Part shown: in pieces, positions 22,302 to 31,894 of the stretch
Position numbering within the stretch: position 1 is the stretch's first letter
Layout: every line of letters starts with the position of its first letter
Origin: Candidatus Hydrogenedentota bacterium
GTDB lineage: Bacteria > Hydrogenedentota > Hydrogenedentia > Hydrogenedentales > SLHB01
NCBI GenBank assembly: GCA_045863295.1
Contig: BTWA01000002.1
Span: forward strand, 203,137 to 267,136
Direction of reading: 5' to 3'
DNA length: 64,000 nt
The notes under the pieces: generated by a model
What the model was told of the DNA's origin: nothing
What the model saw: only the letters and a program-made list of their open reading frames with translations
Database searches by the model: none
Position numbers and translations under genes: made by a program

Positions 22302-22432
22302 TTGCACCCCGGCGCCTCCATATGCTACGATCCCCCGATTTAATTTCACAGGGATCGCGCTAAAAACGGCGAACCGGGTGCCCATGTCGTGTACATGGGG
22401 TGGTTCGTTGCGGTCCCGAGGCAAAACCCAAA
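22302..22432 (+). promoter_or_regulatory. rpsB promoter and structured leader (candidate S2 autoregulatory element)
   Basis: TTGCAC-18-TACGAT; nested stems gggatcgc/gcggtccc, gcgaacc/ggttcgt, cccatgt/acatggg; followed by GAGGCAAAACC. Confidence 0.6.
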
Positions 22433-22444
22433 AGGAGACCCGCT

Positions 22445-23245
22445 ATGGCTGTCGTTACCATGCGACAACTCTTGGAGTCCGGCATTCATTTCGGACACCA
22501 GACCCGCCGTTGGAACCCCAAAATGGCGCCGTATATTTTTGGCGAACGCAACGGCATCTACATCATTGATTTGCAGAAGACGCTTCGTCAGGTGAACAAG
22601 GCCTATACGACGGTTCGCGACGCGGTGGCGAACGGCGGTACGGTGCTGTTCGTGGGCACGAAGAAGCAGGCCCACGAGCCGATCCAGCGCGAGGCTCAGC
22701 GGTGCGGCATGTATTACATGACGAATCGTTGGCTGGGCGGAACGTTGACGAACTTTCAGACCGTGCAGATCAGCGTGAAGAAGTTGACCCAACTCGAAGA
22801 GATGGATCAATCCGGCCAATTGGACAAGTATTCCAAGAAGGAAGCCGCGCGGCTGCGTCGCACGAAATCGAAGTTGGAGAAGAATCTCGCGGGCATCAAG
22901 TCGATGAACCGGCTTCCTGCCGTTATGTTCGTGATTGATGCGAAGAAGGAAGCCAACGCTATCCGCGAAGCGGGCCGGCTTGGCATTCCGTGCATTGCGG
23001 TGGTGGATACGAATGCCGACCCGGAATCCGTGCCGATTCCGGTGCCGGGCAACGACGACGCGATCCGCGCGGTGGGCCTGTTCTGCAAGATCATTGCGGA
23101 CGCTGCCGTGGAAGGGTTGAACATCGGGCGCAAGACCGGCGGCAAGGACAAGAACGGCAGCGCGGCCGCCGCGGCGCTTGATGCAGCCCCGGCCGCCGAA
23201 GCCGATGCAGTACCGGCCACAGCGGCCGACAAGGGAGACGAGTGA
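22445..23245 (+). CDS. rpsB: 30S ribosomal protein S2
   Basis: LLESGIHFGHQTRRWNPKM, RWLGGTLTNF, PGNDDAIR. Confidence 0.98.
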   Translation: MAVVTMRQLLESGIHFGHQTRRWNPKMAPYIFGERNGIYIIDLQKTLRQVNKAYTTVRDAVANGGTVLFVGTKKQAHEPIQREAQRCGMYYMTNRWLGGTLTNFQTVQISVKKLTQLEEMDQSGQLDKYSKKEAARLRRTKSKLEKNLAGIKSMNRLPAVMFVIDAKKEANAIREAGRLGIPCIAVVDTNADPESVPIPVPGNDDAIRAVGLFCKIIADAAVEGLNIGRKTGGKDKNGSAAAAALDAAPAAEADAVPATAADKGDE

Positions 23246-23248
23246 CTC

Positions 23249-23872
23249 ATGGCGATTAGCGCGGAAGCAGTGCGCCAGCTCCGGGAAGCCACCGGGGCGG
23301 GCATGATGGACTGCAAGAAAGCCCTAACGGAAACCAACGGCGATTTTGAGAAGGCCGTGGTGTGGTTGCGCGAAAAGGGCATGGCCTCTGCCGCCAAGCG
23401 ATCCGATCGATCCGCCAATCAGGGCGCTGTATTTTCCTACATTCACATGAAGGGCAAGTACGGCGTCATCGCGGAGTTGAATTGCGAGACCGATTTCGTG
23501 GCCAGCACGGACGATTTTCAGAATCTTGGCCGGGACATCTGCCAGCATATCTGCGCGGCCGCGCCCAAGTATGTGCGCCGTGAGGAAGTTCCCGCCGCGG
23601 ACATCGAAGCGGAGAAGTCCATTTACAAGGCGCAAGCCGCTGAATCCGGCAAGCCGGAGCCGATCCAGGAAAAGATGGCGCTCGGCAAGCTGGACAAGTG
23701 GATGGCGCAGGTTTGTTTGATGGAACAGGCCTATGTGAAAGATCCGGAGCGTTCCGTCGAAGAGATTGTCAAGGAAGTGGGCGGCAAGCTTGGCGAGAAG
23801 GTTGCCGTGCGCCGGTTCGTCCGCTTTGAACTTGGCGAGAGCATCGGCACGGTTTCGTCCGAAGAGAACTGA
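23249..23872 (+). CDS. tsf: Elongation factor Ts (short form)
   Basis: [26 protein letters not shown]. Confidence 0.98.
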   Translation: MAISAEAVRQLREATGAGMMDCKKALTETNGDFEKAVVWLREKGMASAAKRSDRSANQGAVFSYIHMKGKYGVIAELNCETDFVASTDDFQNLGRDICQHICAAAPKYVRREEVPAADIEAEKSIYKAQAAESGKPEPIQEKMALGKLDKWMAQVCLMEQAYVKDPERSVEEIVKEVGGKLGEKVAVRRFVRFELGESIGTVSSEEN

Positions 23873-23885
23873 GCCTATTCATCAC

Positions 23886-23918
23886 ACACCCCCAAGCCAG
23901 GCGGCTTGGGGGTGTTTT
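23886..23918 (+). terminator. Intrinsic terminator after tsf
   Basis: 13-bp stem acacccccaagcc/ggcttgggggtgt plus T run. Confidence 0.75.
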
Positions 23919-23955
23919 GAAAATAAGACGCCGGGCACAAAGAAGGCGTAATGGC

Positions 23956-24690
23956 ATGAGCACACAAGTCTCTTCCACCGCGGTTTATTCGCGCATCCTG
24001 TTGAAGTTGAGCGGCGAGGCCCTTCAGGGGGATGGCCGCAACCCCGTTGATTTCACCACCATCGGCCGGTTTTGCGAGGAAGTCGCGGCCGTGCATGCGA
24101 TGAACGTGCAGATCGGCCTTGTGGTTGGCGGCGGCAACATCTTTCGTGGAGAGGGCGGCCAGGAAATCGGCTTGGACAAGGCGTCCGGCGATTACATTGG
24201 GATGCTCGCCACCGTTATCAACGCGCTTTCGGTGCAGGCCGTTCTTGACAAGCAGGGTGTGCCGTCACGCGTTATGACGGCCATTGAAATGCGGCCACTT
24301 GCGGAGCCGTACATTCGACGCAGGGCTCTCCGGCACATGGAAAAGGGCCGGGTGGTCATTTTCGGCGCGGGGACTGGCAATCCCTTTTTCACCACCGATA
24401 CGGCAGCCGCGCTTCGCGCCAGCGAAATCGGCGCTGAAGTCCTCTTCAAAGCGACCAAGGTGGACGGCGTGTACGATTCGGATCCCAAGAAGAATCCCGA
24501 TGCCAAGCGGTACGAGGAACTCAGCTATACCACCGCCTTGACGAAGAACCTGCGCGTCATGGACGCGACGGCGATCTCGCTGTGCCGGGAAAGCAAATTG
24601 CCGATCCTGGTCTTTAATCTCAATGAACCGGGCAGTATCATACGAGCCGTTAAAGGCGAGCGTATCGGCACACTTGTGAGGGGAGAATAG
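23956..24690 (+). CDS. pyrH: UMP kinase
   Basis: [28 protein letters not shown]. Confidence 0.97.
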   Translation: MSTQVSSTAVYSRILLKLSGEALQGDGRNPVDFTTIGRFCEEVAAVHAMNVQIGLVVGGGNIFRGEGGQEIGLDKASGDYIGMLATVINALSVQAVLDKQGVPSRVMTAIEMRPLAEPYIRRRALRHMEKGRVVIFGAGTGNPFFTTDTAAALRASEIGAEVLFKATKVDGVYDSDPKKNPDAKRYEELSYTTALTKNLRVMDATAISLCRESKLPILVFNLNEPGSIIRAVKGERIGTLVRGE

Positions 24691-24693
24691 AGC

Positions 24694-25251
24694 ATGGAAC
24701 ACGCCTTGGCGAAAGACGCCGACGCAAAGATGCACAAGAGCCTCGAGTCGTTTCAGCATGAACTTGTCGGCATCCGCACGGGCCGTGCGTCTGTGGGGTT
24801 GTTCGATACGGTGGATGTCGAAGCGTACGGCGACAAGATGAAAATCAACCAGCTTGGGACGATCACGGCTCCCGAAGCGCGCTTGTTGGTAATTACTCCG
24901 TGGGACAAATCGGTCATGTCCGCGATCGAGAAGGCGATTCTGGCTTCCGATCTTGGCCTGACGCCGTCCAACGACGGCCAGGTTATTCGCGTGAATCTGC
25001 CTCAGCTGACGGAGGAGCGGCGCAAGGAACTGGTCAAGTACGTCTCCAAACTGGCCGAGGAAGCCCGCGTATCGATTCGCAACATCCGGCGGCACGTGGT
25101 GGATCATATCAAGAAGGATCAAAAGGATGGCGTGATGCCTGAAGACGATGCGCACAAGTTGAGCGCGGAAATTCAGCGAATCACGGATTTGTACGTGGCC
25201 AAAGTGGACGAGACGTTGAAGCACAAAGAAGACGAGATCATGGAAGTGTAG
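24694..25251 (+). CDS. frr: Ribosome recycling factor
   Basis: IRTGRAS, PQLTEERRKELVK. Confidence 0.97.
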   Translation: MEHALAKDADAKMHKSLESFQHELVGIRTGRASVGLFDTVDVEAYGDKMKINQLGTITAPEARLLVITPWDKSVMSAIEKAILASDLGLTPSNDGQVIRVNLPQLTEERRKELVKYVSKLAEEARVSIRNIRRHVVDHIKKDQKDGVMPEDDAHKLSAEIQRITDLYVAKVDETLKHKEDEIMEV

Positions 25252-25359
25252 CATGCCATCGTTGCACGGCCTCGCTTACCACCGTTTCTGAAGACGACAC
25301 CCACCGCGGGCGGCGCACGGCAGCGTGCGCCGGACCGCGGTTTTGTTTTGAAGGAACCC

Positions 25360-26091
25360 ATGTCCGAACCTTTGCCAGAACTTGATCGTCAACTGCTTCC
25401 GCGGCATGTCGCCATTATCATGGACGGCAACAGCCGTTGGGCTCGCGGCCGCGGTCTGACACGCGCGCACGGCCACGACGCCGGGGGGAAGAGCGTTCGT
25501 GCGATTGTTGAGGCGTGCCGGGAGCTTGGCGGCATCGAGGCGGTATCGCTGTATGCGTTTTCGACTGAAAACTGGCGGCGATCCAAGACCGAGGTAAATA
25601 CGCTTTTCCGGCTTCTCAGCAAGTACATCCATCTCGAAATCGAGGCGATTCACAAACAGAATATTCGCGTGACGTGGATGGGCAGCGCGGAGGGTCTGCC
25701 GGAGCGGGCGGTCAACGATCTGCGGCTCTGTCTCGAGCGCACGGCGAAGAATACCGCGATGACCATGAACCTCGCGATCAATTACGGCGGCCGCAGGGAG
25801 ATTGCGGATGCGGCACGTGCGATAGCGACAGAGGTCAAGTCGGGATCGTTGAAACTCGAAGCGATCGACGAGGCATGCGTGGCCCGTCACTTGTATTGCC
25901 CCGATTTGCCCGATCCGGATCTGTTGATTCGAACGAGCGGGGAAATGCGCATCAGCAACTTTATGTTGTGGCAGTTGTCTTATTCCGAAATTGTTACCGT
26001 GCCGACGTTGTGGCCGGATTTTCGCAAACCGCACTTGTATGCCGCCCTCGCCGAGTATCAGGCGCGAAGCCGGCGCTACGGAGGGCGTTGA
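25360..26091 (+). CDS. uppS: Undecaprenyl diphosphate synthase
   Basis: HVAIIMDGN.RWA, YAFSTENW, IRTSGEMRISNF. Confidence 0.96.
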   Translation: MSEPLPELDRQLLPRHVAIIMDGNSRWARGRGLTRAHGHDAGGKSVRAIVEACRELGGIEAVSLYAFSTENWRRSKTEVNTLFRLLSKYIHLEIEAIHKQNIRVTWMGSAEGLPERAVNDLRLCLERTAKNTAMTMNLAINYGGRREIADAARAIATEVKSGSLKLEAIDEACVARHLYCPDLPDPDLLIRTSGEMRISNFMLWQLSYSEIVTVPTLWPDFRKPHLYAALAEYQARSRRYGGR

Positions 26092-26094
26092 GCC

Positions 26095-26931
26095 ATGGCC
26101 GCCGCTTCCGGAGGCAATGTGTTGTTGCGGACAGTGACCGGCGTTACTCTGTTGAGCATTTCGCTTGCGGTGATCTGCATCCCGTCCTTGAATGCCGGTT
26201 TTGCGATTTTGGTCACGGCGCTCAGCACGGTGGGTCTGTATGAAGTTTTTGCGTTGAGCCGTGCGCGAGGCATTTCGCCGGAGACCATTGGCGCGATGTT
26301 GTCGGGCGCGCTGGTTACGGCGAGCGGTTACTTTGAAAGTCTGCAGTTGACCAACTTCATGCTGTACACCGGCTGTCTCATGGTTGCATGGTTGCACGTT
26401 GTTCGCGGGCAATTGGCGGTGGCGGGGTTGGCGGCCACGATTTTCGGGATCATTTATGTAGGCTGGTTTGGCGCGCACCTGATTCTTCTCCATCGGCTGG
26501 ATCCCATTGGTCCGGGAATGGTTATTATGTTGCTCGTGGCGGTGGTATTGACGGACACCGCCGCGTTTTTTGTTGGCCGGGCGATCGGCAAACACAAGCT
26601 CGCTCCGAAGGTCAGCCCCAACAAGACGTGGGAGGGAGCCGCGGGGGGATTCCTGTTCGCGGTTGTTGGGACGGGGGCGCTCTATTGGCTGCGGGGCCAA
26701 TCCTGGATGTTGCCGCTGCCGGATTGGTCGGTCTATGGCTATCTTGTCGCAGGAGGACTGCTGTCCGTCGCGTCGCAAGTTGGCGACTTGACGGAGTCGG
26801 CCTTAAAGCGCGACGCGGGCGTGAAGGATTCCGGCCGCTTTCTGCCAGGTCATGGCGGCGCACTCGATCGCTGCGACGGTATCCTGTTCGCGGCCCCGTT
26901 TTTGTATTACATGACCGTGGACTTGTTTTGA
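26095..26931 (+). CDS. cdsA: Phosphatidate cytidylyltransferase
   Basis: SPNKTWEG, GDLTESALKR..GVKDSG, PGHGGALDR. Confidence 0.95.
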   Translation: MAAASGGNVLLRTVTGVTLLSISLAVICIPSLNAGFAILVTALSTVGLYEVFALSRARGISPETIGAMLSGALVTASGYFESLQLTNFMLYTGCLMVAWLHVVRGQLAVAGLAATIFGIIYVGWFGAHLILLHRLDPIGPGMVIMLLVAVVLTDTAAFFVGRAIGKHKLAPKVSPNKTWEGAAGGFLFAVVGTGALYWLRGQSWMLPLPDWSVYGYLVAGGLLSVASQVGDLTESALKRDAGVKDSGRFLPGHGGALDRCDGILFAAPFLYYMTVDLF

Positions 26932-26980
26932 CGCGGCATTGAACGAGTGCCGCGCAGGGTGGCACGAGGGTTAGTTGGGT

Positions 26981-28093
26981 ATGTACGAAGACGAATCGTT
27001 GAGATTGACGGAGTACGCGGAGCGCCTGGTTGAGTTGAGGCGCTGCCTGAACGTGGAAACGGCCAAACAGGAAATTGTCCAGTTGGAGACCGCCATGGGC
27101 GCGGACGGTTTCTGGGACGATCAGGACAACGCCAAGAAGACCATGCAACGGGTGAAGGTGTTGAAATCGCTGATTGATGGCCCGGATTTGCTTGAGCGCG
27201 ACCTTGCTGACGGTCTTGTGCTCGTGGAACTTGCCCAAGGCGAAGGCGACGAGACCATGGCCCAGGAACTTCAGGAACTCGCCACGGGCCTCGAGGATCG
27301 GCTGCGCCGCCTGGAAATGAGCAGTTTGTTCAGTGATCCGCGCGATCCCAAGAACGCCATTATCAACATTCATCCCGGCGCCGGCGGCACGGAATCCTGC
27401 GATTGGGCCGACATTCTCTACCGCATGATGGTGCGGTGCTGCGAGCGCCATGATTTCAGCGTTGAGGTAGTTGATTTTCAACCCGGGGACGAAGCCGGGC
27501 TCAAAGGCGCGTCGATTGTGGTTGAAGGTCCTTTTGCCTACGGCACGTTGAAATCCGAATCGGGGGTTCACCGATTGGTGCGCATATCTCCTTTTGATTC
27601 GCAGAGCCGCCGTCACACCTCGTTTGCGGCGATTGAAGTGTTGCCTCAGGCGGACGAAGATGTCGACATCGAGATCAAAGATGAAGATGTGAAGATGGAG
27701 GTATTCCGGTCGAGCGGTCCGGGCGGGCAGAAGGTCAACAAGACCAGCAGTGCGGTGCGGCTGATACACGGCCCCACGGGTATCGTCGTTTCCTGCCAAA
27801 TCGAGCGATCGCAGACGCGGAACCGCGAAGTGGCGATGCAGATGCTGAAGTCGAAACTTTACGATATTGAGGTGAAGAAGAAGGAAGCCGAAATGGCCGC
27901 GCTTCGCGACGGGCAGAGCGACGTCGCGTGGGGCAGCCAGATTCGAAGTTACGTGCTGCACCCGTATCAGATGATCAAGGATCATCGGACCAACGTCGAG
28001 ACCGGTAACGTCGAACGCACTCTCGACGGGGACCTCGACATGTTTATCGAAGCGTATTTGAAGTGGAAGCTAGAGAAGAAGGCCATTTCGTAA
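26981..28093 (+). CDS. prfB: Peptide chain release factor 2, uninterrupted ORF
   Basis: SPF motif, GGQ motif, WGSQIRSYV; upstream of lysS. Confidence 0.96.
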   Translation: MYEDESLRLTEYAERLVELRRCLNVETAKQEIVQLETAMGADGFWDDQDNAKKTMQRVKVLKSLIDGPDLLERDLADGLVLVELAQGEGDETMAQELQELATGLEDRLRRLEMSSLFSDPRDPKNAIINIHPGAGGTESCDWADILYRMMVRCCERHDFSVEVVDFQPGDEAGLKGASIVVEGPFAYGTLKSESGVHRLVRISPFDSQSRRHTSFAAIEVLPQADEDVDIEIKDEDVKMEVFRSSGPGGQKVNKTSSAVRLIHGPTGIVVSCQIERSQTRNREVAMQMLKSKLYDIEVKKKEAEMAALRDGQSDVAWGSQIRSYVLHPYQMIKDHRTNVETGNVERTLDGDLDMFIEAYLKWKLEKKAIS

Positions 28094-28128
28094 GTGAGCG
28101 GCATTCAACCGATTCGGGAAATGATTCG

Positions 28129-29631
28129 ATGACCCAGGAACATCTGCACGGCACCGAGGACGAATTGCGGCGTCACCGTCTTGACAAACTGGAGCGCATC
28201 CGTGGGCGGGGCGATGATCCGTTCAAGACCAATTTTTCGCGGTCTTCCAGCATTGCGGATGCGCGAACGAGCTACGAAGCGGCGGAAGCCGGCGCGCCCG
28301 AAGGGGAGCACCCGAAAGTTCCCGCGGCGCTGGCCGGACGCATGATCTCGTTTCGCGATCATGGCAAGTCATGTTTCGCCAATGTTCGCGACGAGTCCGC
28401 TGAAATTCAGGTTTACTTTAACGCCAAGAACCTTGGCGCGGAGACATTCGAAACTCTGCGCGACCTCGATCTCGGCGACTTCATTGGAGTCCACGGCAAT
28501 GTGACCCGCACTCGGACGGGCGAGATCACGGTGTTCGTCGACCGATTCGAAATCCTCACCAAGTCGCTCAAGGCCTTGCCGGAAAAGTACCACGGATTGA
28601 CCGATGTGGAGACCCGATACCGGCAACGCTATCTTGACATGGTGGCCAATCCCGAAGTGCTCGACGTATTCCGCACGCGATCAAAGGTCATTTCCACCAT
28701 GCGTCAGTTTCTCGAGGCGCGCGGTTTTCTTGAAGTCGAGACACCGATGCTGCACCCGATTCCCGGCGGCGCCACCGCCCGGCCGTTTATTACGCGGCAC
28801 AACACCTATGAGCGTGATTTTTATCTTCGCATTGCGCCTGAATTGTATTTGAAGCGCCTCATTGTCGGCGGGTTTGAGCGTGTTTACGAGATTAACCGCA
28901 ATTTCCGGAACGAGGGGGTGGACACCCGACACAATCCCGAATTCACGATGATGGAACTTTACGAGGCGTATCAGGATTATGAGGGATTAATGAACGAAAC
29001 CGAGGAGCTGTTTGTCGCCGCCATCGAGGCCGTCAAAGGAACCGCCTCGTTTGAATACCAAGGCACGGTTCTCGAAGCCAAGCGTCCGTGGAAACGGCTT
29101 TCCTTGTTCGAGGCCATTCGCGAGTACGCCCATATCGATCTCGAAGCGACCCGCGACCGCGACGAGGCGGCGCGTCTGGCGGAATCCGCGGGGGTGGAGA
29201 TCGATCCGGCCATGGGGTATGGAAAGATTGTGGACGAAGTCATGAGCGCCAAAGTGCAGCCTCACCTTGTTCAGCCCACATTTCTTTATGATTATCCTGT
29301 TGAGATTTCGCCGTTGGCGAAAAAGAAGAAGAGCAATCCGGCGCTCACCGAACGTTTTCAAGCCATTATTGGCAAGCTGGAATTGTGCAATGCGTTTTCG
29401 GAGCTCAACGATCCCATCGATCAGCGCGAGCGTTTTATGGCGCAAGTCGCGTTGCGCGAAAAGGGCGACGACGAGGCGCAGTACCTTGACGAGGACTTCA
29501 TCACCGCGTTGGAGGTTGGCATGCCGCCGACCGCCGGTCTCGGCATCGGCATCGACCGCTTGGTCATGCTGCTTACCGATTCGCCGTCCATCCGCGATGT
29601 GATCATATTTCCCCAGTTGCGAACGATCTGA
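28129..29631 (+). CDS. lysS: Lysine--tRNA ligase (class II)
   Basis: YRQRYLD, YLRIAPELYLKRL, HNPEFTMME, GMPPTAGLGIGIDRL. Confidence 0.97.
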   Translation: MTQEHLHGTEDELRRHRLDKLERIRGRGDDPFKTNFSRSSSIADARTSYEAAEAGAPEGEHPKVPAALAGRMISFRDHGKSCFANVRDESAEIQVYFNAKNLGAETFETLRDLDLGDFIGVHGNVTRTRTGEITVFVDRFEILTKSLKALPEKYHGLTDVETRYRQRYLDMVANPEVLDVFRTRSKVISTMRQFLEARGFLEVETPMLHPIPGGATARPFITRHNTYERDFYLRIAPELYLKRLIVGGFERVYEINRNFRNEGVDTRHNPEFTMMELYEAYQDYEGLMNETEELFVAAIEAVKGTASFEYQGTVLEAKRPWKRLSLFEAIREYAHIDLEATRDRDEAARLAESAGVEIDPAMGYGKIVDEVMSAKVQPHLVQPTFLYDYPVEISPLAKKKKSNPALTERFQAIIGKLELCNAFSELNDPIDQRERFMAQVALREKGDDEAQYLDEDFITALEVGMPPTAGLGIGIDRLVMLLTDSPSIRDVIIFPQLRTI

Positions 29632-29657
29632 CGGAACCCGAGGCAAAGCGCCCGATC

Positions 29658-30929
29658 ATGCGATTCGAAGCTTATGTAGCTCAACGGTATTTGCGCGGAA
29701 AGCGCAAATCCCGTTTCATCGGTCTTATCACGTTCATCTCCGTGGGCGGCGTGAGTGTTGGCGTGATGGCGCTTATTGTCGTGATGAGTGTCATGACGGG
29801 ATTTGACCGGGAGCTCATGGCGACGATCATGGGCAACCATGCGCATGTCCGCGTTTTCGATCCGTTCGATCGGCCTGTGGAAGATCCGGATGCGGTGATC
29901 GAGAAGTTGAAGGCGTTGTGTCCTGAGATTGTGGAGGTTGGCGCATTTACGGTTGTGAAGTCGGTTCTGCGGCGTGGGGGAGAGGGCAACCGCGAATTCG
30001 AGGCTGCTTACGTAATCGGGGTGGACACTCGCCCGGGCCATCAGGTCATCCAGCTTTCCGAAAATCTCTCCCGGGACAATGGCCGAACGATGAGTTTTGG
30101 GCGCTTGCCGGAGAAGGGGGAGGTGGTCCTCGGTTATGTACTTGCGCAGAACCTCAATGTTCACATGGAAGACGACATTGTCCTGCATACCTTGGGGTCG
30201 GTTCCCAACCCCATGATGGGCCAACGCGACGTTCAATCCAAGTGGCTTGAAGTCAGCGGCATCGCGCAAGCGCAGATGCACGAATTCGACATGCTTTACG
30301 CGTACGTGGATTTGGAAACGGCCAACATGATCAAACGGCGCGAACGCGGCGCGGACGGCATCCACATGCTGATCAAGGATCCATTCAAGGCCGACGCTGT
30401 CGCAAAGCGCATTTCCAGCGAACTTGATTACGCGACCGACACCTGGTTCGATCGAAACCAGCCATTTCTTGCGGCGCTCAAGCAAGAAAAGGTCGTGATG
30501 TTTATTATCTTGCTATTCATCATCATGGTCGCCGCGTTTAACATCACGAGCACGCTGATCATGGTTGTAATGGAGAAGAAGCGTGACATCGGAATCTTGC
30601 GCACGCTTGGCGTCAGCACGGGATCCATCATGGTTTTGTTTATGTTGGAAGGGCTCTACATCGGCCTCAGTGGAACCGTCCTGGGCGTGGTTGGCGGCAC
30701 ATTTCTCGCGTACAATCTTAATTGGGTGGCCGAGGGTATTGCCAGGCTGATGGGTATCGAGTTGTTCGACAGCGTGATTTATTACTTTGACAGCATCCCC
30801 GTCGCGGTTGAGCTTCGGGATATCGCGATGATTACCCTGTGCGCGGTGGTTTTGACGTTTATCTCTACGATTTATCCTGCGTGGAGCGCTTCTCGCCTCA
30901 ACCCGGTGGACGCCTTGCGCTATGAGTAG
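29658..30929 (+). CDS. lolE: Lipoprotein-releasing ABC permease LolC/E
   Basis: GVMALIVVMSVMTGF, VAAFNITSTLIMVVMEK, YPAWSASRLNPVDALRYE. Confidence 0.9.
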   Translation: MRFEAYVAQRYLRGKRKSRFIGLITFISVGGVSVGVMALIVVMSVMTGFDRELMATIMGNHAHVRVFDPFDRPVEDPDAVIEKLKALCPEIVEVGAFTVVKSVLRRGGEGNREFEAAYVIGVDTRPGHQVIQLSENLSRDNGRTMSFGRLPEKGEVVLGYVLAQNLNVHMEDDIVLHTLGSVPNPMMGQRDVQSKWLEVSGIAQAQMHEFDMLYAYVDLETANMIKRRERGADGIHMLIKDPFKADAVAKRISSELDYATDTWFDRNQPFLAALKQEKVVMFIILLFIIMVAAFNITSTLIMVVMEKKRDIGILRTLGVSTGSIMVLFMLEGLYIGLSGTVLGVVGGTFLAYNLNWVAEGIARLMGIELFDSVIYYFDSIPVAVELRDIAMITLCAVVLTFISTIYPAWSASRLNPVDALRYE

Positions 30930-31623
30930 CGAGACACCGAAACCCACGATGATTGCGTGCAGGCAACTCGTCAAGTCGTTCGATGACGGCACACGAAAGT
31001 TAACCGTGCTCAAAGGGGTCGACCTGGATGTGGTCGAAGGGGAGATCCTCGCGATCAGCGGTTCGTCCGGTGCCGGCAAGAGCACGTTGATGCACATTCT
31101 TGGTACCCTTGATCGCCCCGACGCGGGAGAACTTCTTTTTCGGGGAAGACCGATGTGGGAGCTGAGCCGGAAGGAAATCGATCGCATTCGCAACGAGGAT
31201 GTCGGCTTTGTCTTTCAGTTCTATCACCTGTTGCCCGAATTCACCGCGTTGGAGAACGTGATGATGCCGGCCCTGGCGCGCGGCAAGGCCCCCAAGCAGT
31301 GCATTCCACGGTCGGAAGAACTGCTTGCCAAGGTGGGTCTGGCGGATCGGATGACCCATAAACCGGGCATGCTGAGCGGCGGCGAGCAGCAGCGGGTTGC
31401 GATTGCGAGGGCGCTGTTTAACAAACCCAGCGTGGTGCTGGCCGATGAGCCGACTGGCAATCTTGATGAAACCACCGGAAAAGGCATCGTCGATTTGCTG
31501 TGGGAACTCAACCGCGACGAGTTGACGACGATGGTCCTGGTGACGCACGACGACGACATCGCCCATCGCGCCGATCGCTGGATTCATTTGCACGAAGGGC
31601 AGACGATCGTCCGAAAGGGCTAA
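30922..31623 (+). CDS. lolD: Lipoprotein-releasing ABC ATPase
   Basis: GSSGAGKST, GFVFQFYHLLPEF, LSGGEQQR, DEPTGNLD. Confidence 0.92.
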   Translation: MSSETPKPTMIACRQLVKSFDDGTRKLTVLKGVDLDVVEGEILAISGSSGAGKSTLMHILGTLDRPDAGELLFRGRPMWELSRKEIDRIRNEDVGFVFQFYHLLPEFTALENVMMPALARGKAPKQCIPRSEELLAKVGLADRMTHKPGMLSGGEQQRVAIARALFNKPSVVLADEPTGNLDETTGKGIVDLLWELNRDELTTMVLVTHDDDIAHRADRWIHLHEGQTIVRKG

Positions 31624-31626
31624 CCC

Positions 31627-31763
31627 GCATTTTGCACCACGCTTAAATTGTGCGTGGAAGACTGAAGTACAGTCTCCGTGGAAGACTGAAGTACAGTCTC
31701 CGTGGAAGACTGAAGTACAGTCTCCGTGGAAGACTGAAGTACAGTCTCCGTGGTGCAAAATGC
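31627..31763. repeat. Four identical 24-bp hairpin units bracketed by a perfect 15-bp inverted repeat
   Basis: (CGTGGAAGACTGAAGTACAGTCTC)x4 at 31653-31748; GCATTTTGCACCACG 31627-31641 / CGTGGTGCAAAATGC 31749-31763. Confidence 0.92.
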
Positions 31764-31894
31764 TCACACAGAATTCCTTAAGCTTGAAACGCTGAGGATA
31801 TTTCACCTGCATACTGTAAGTGCGCCAGTTTTGGTAACAGGCCGGTTGAATTGTTGGTACACAGTTAATTGGACAAAGTCGTGAAATATCCGGG

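Noticed and set aside
31653..31748. CRISPR array
   Set aside because: Units are directly adjacent with no spacers, and there are no cas genes in the window.
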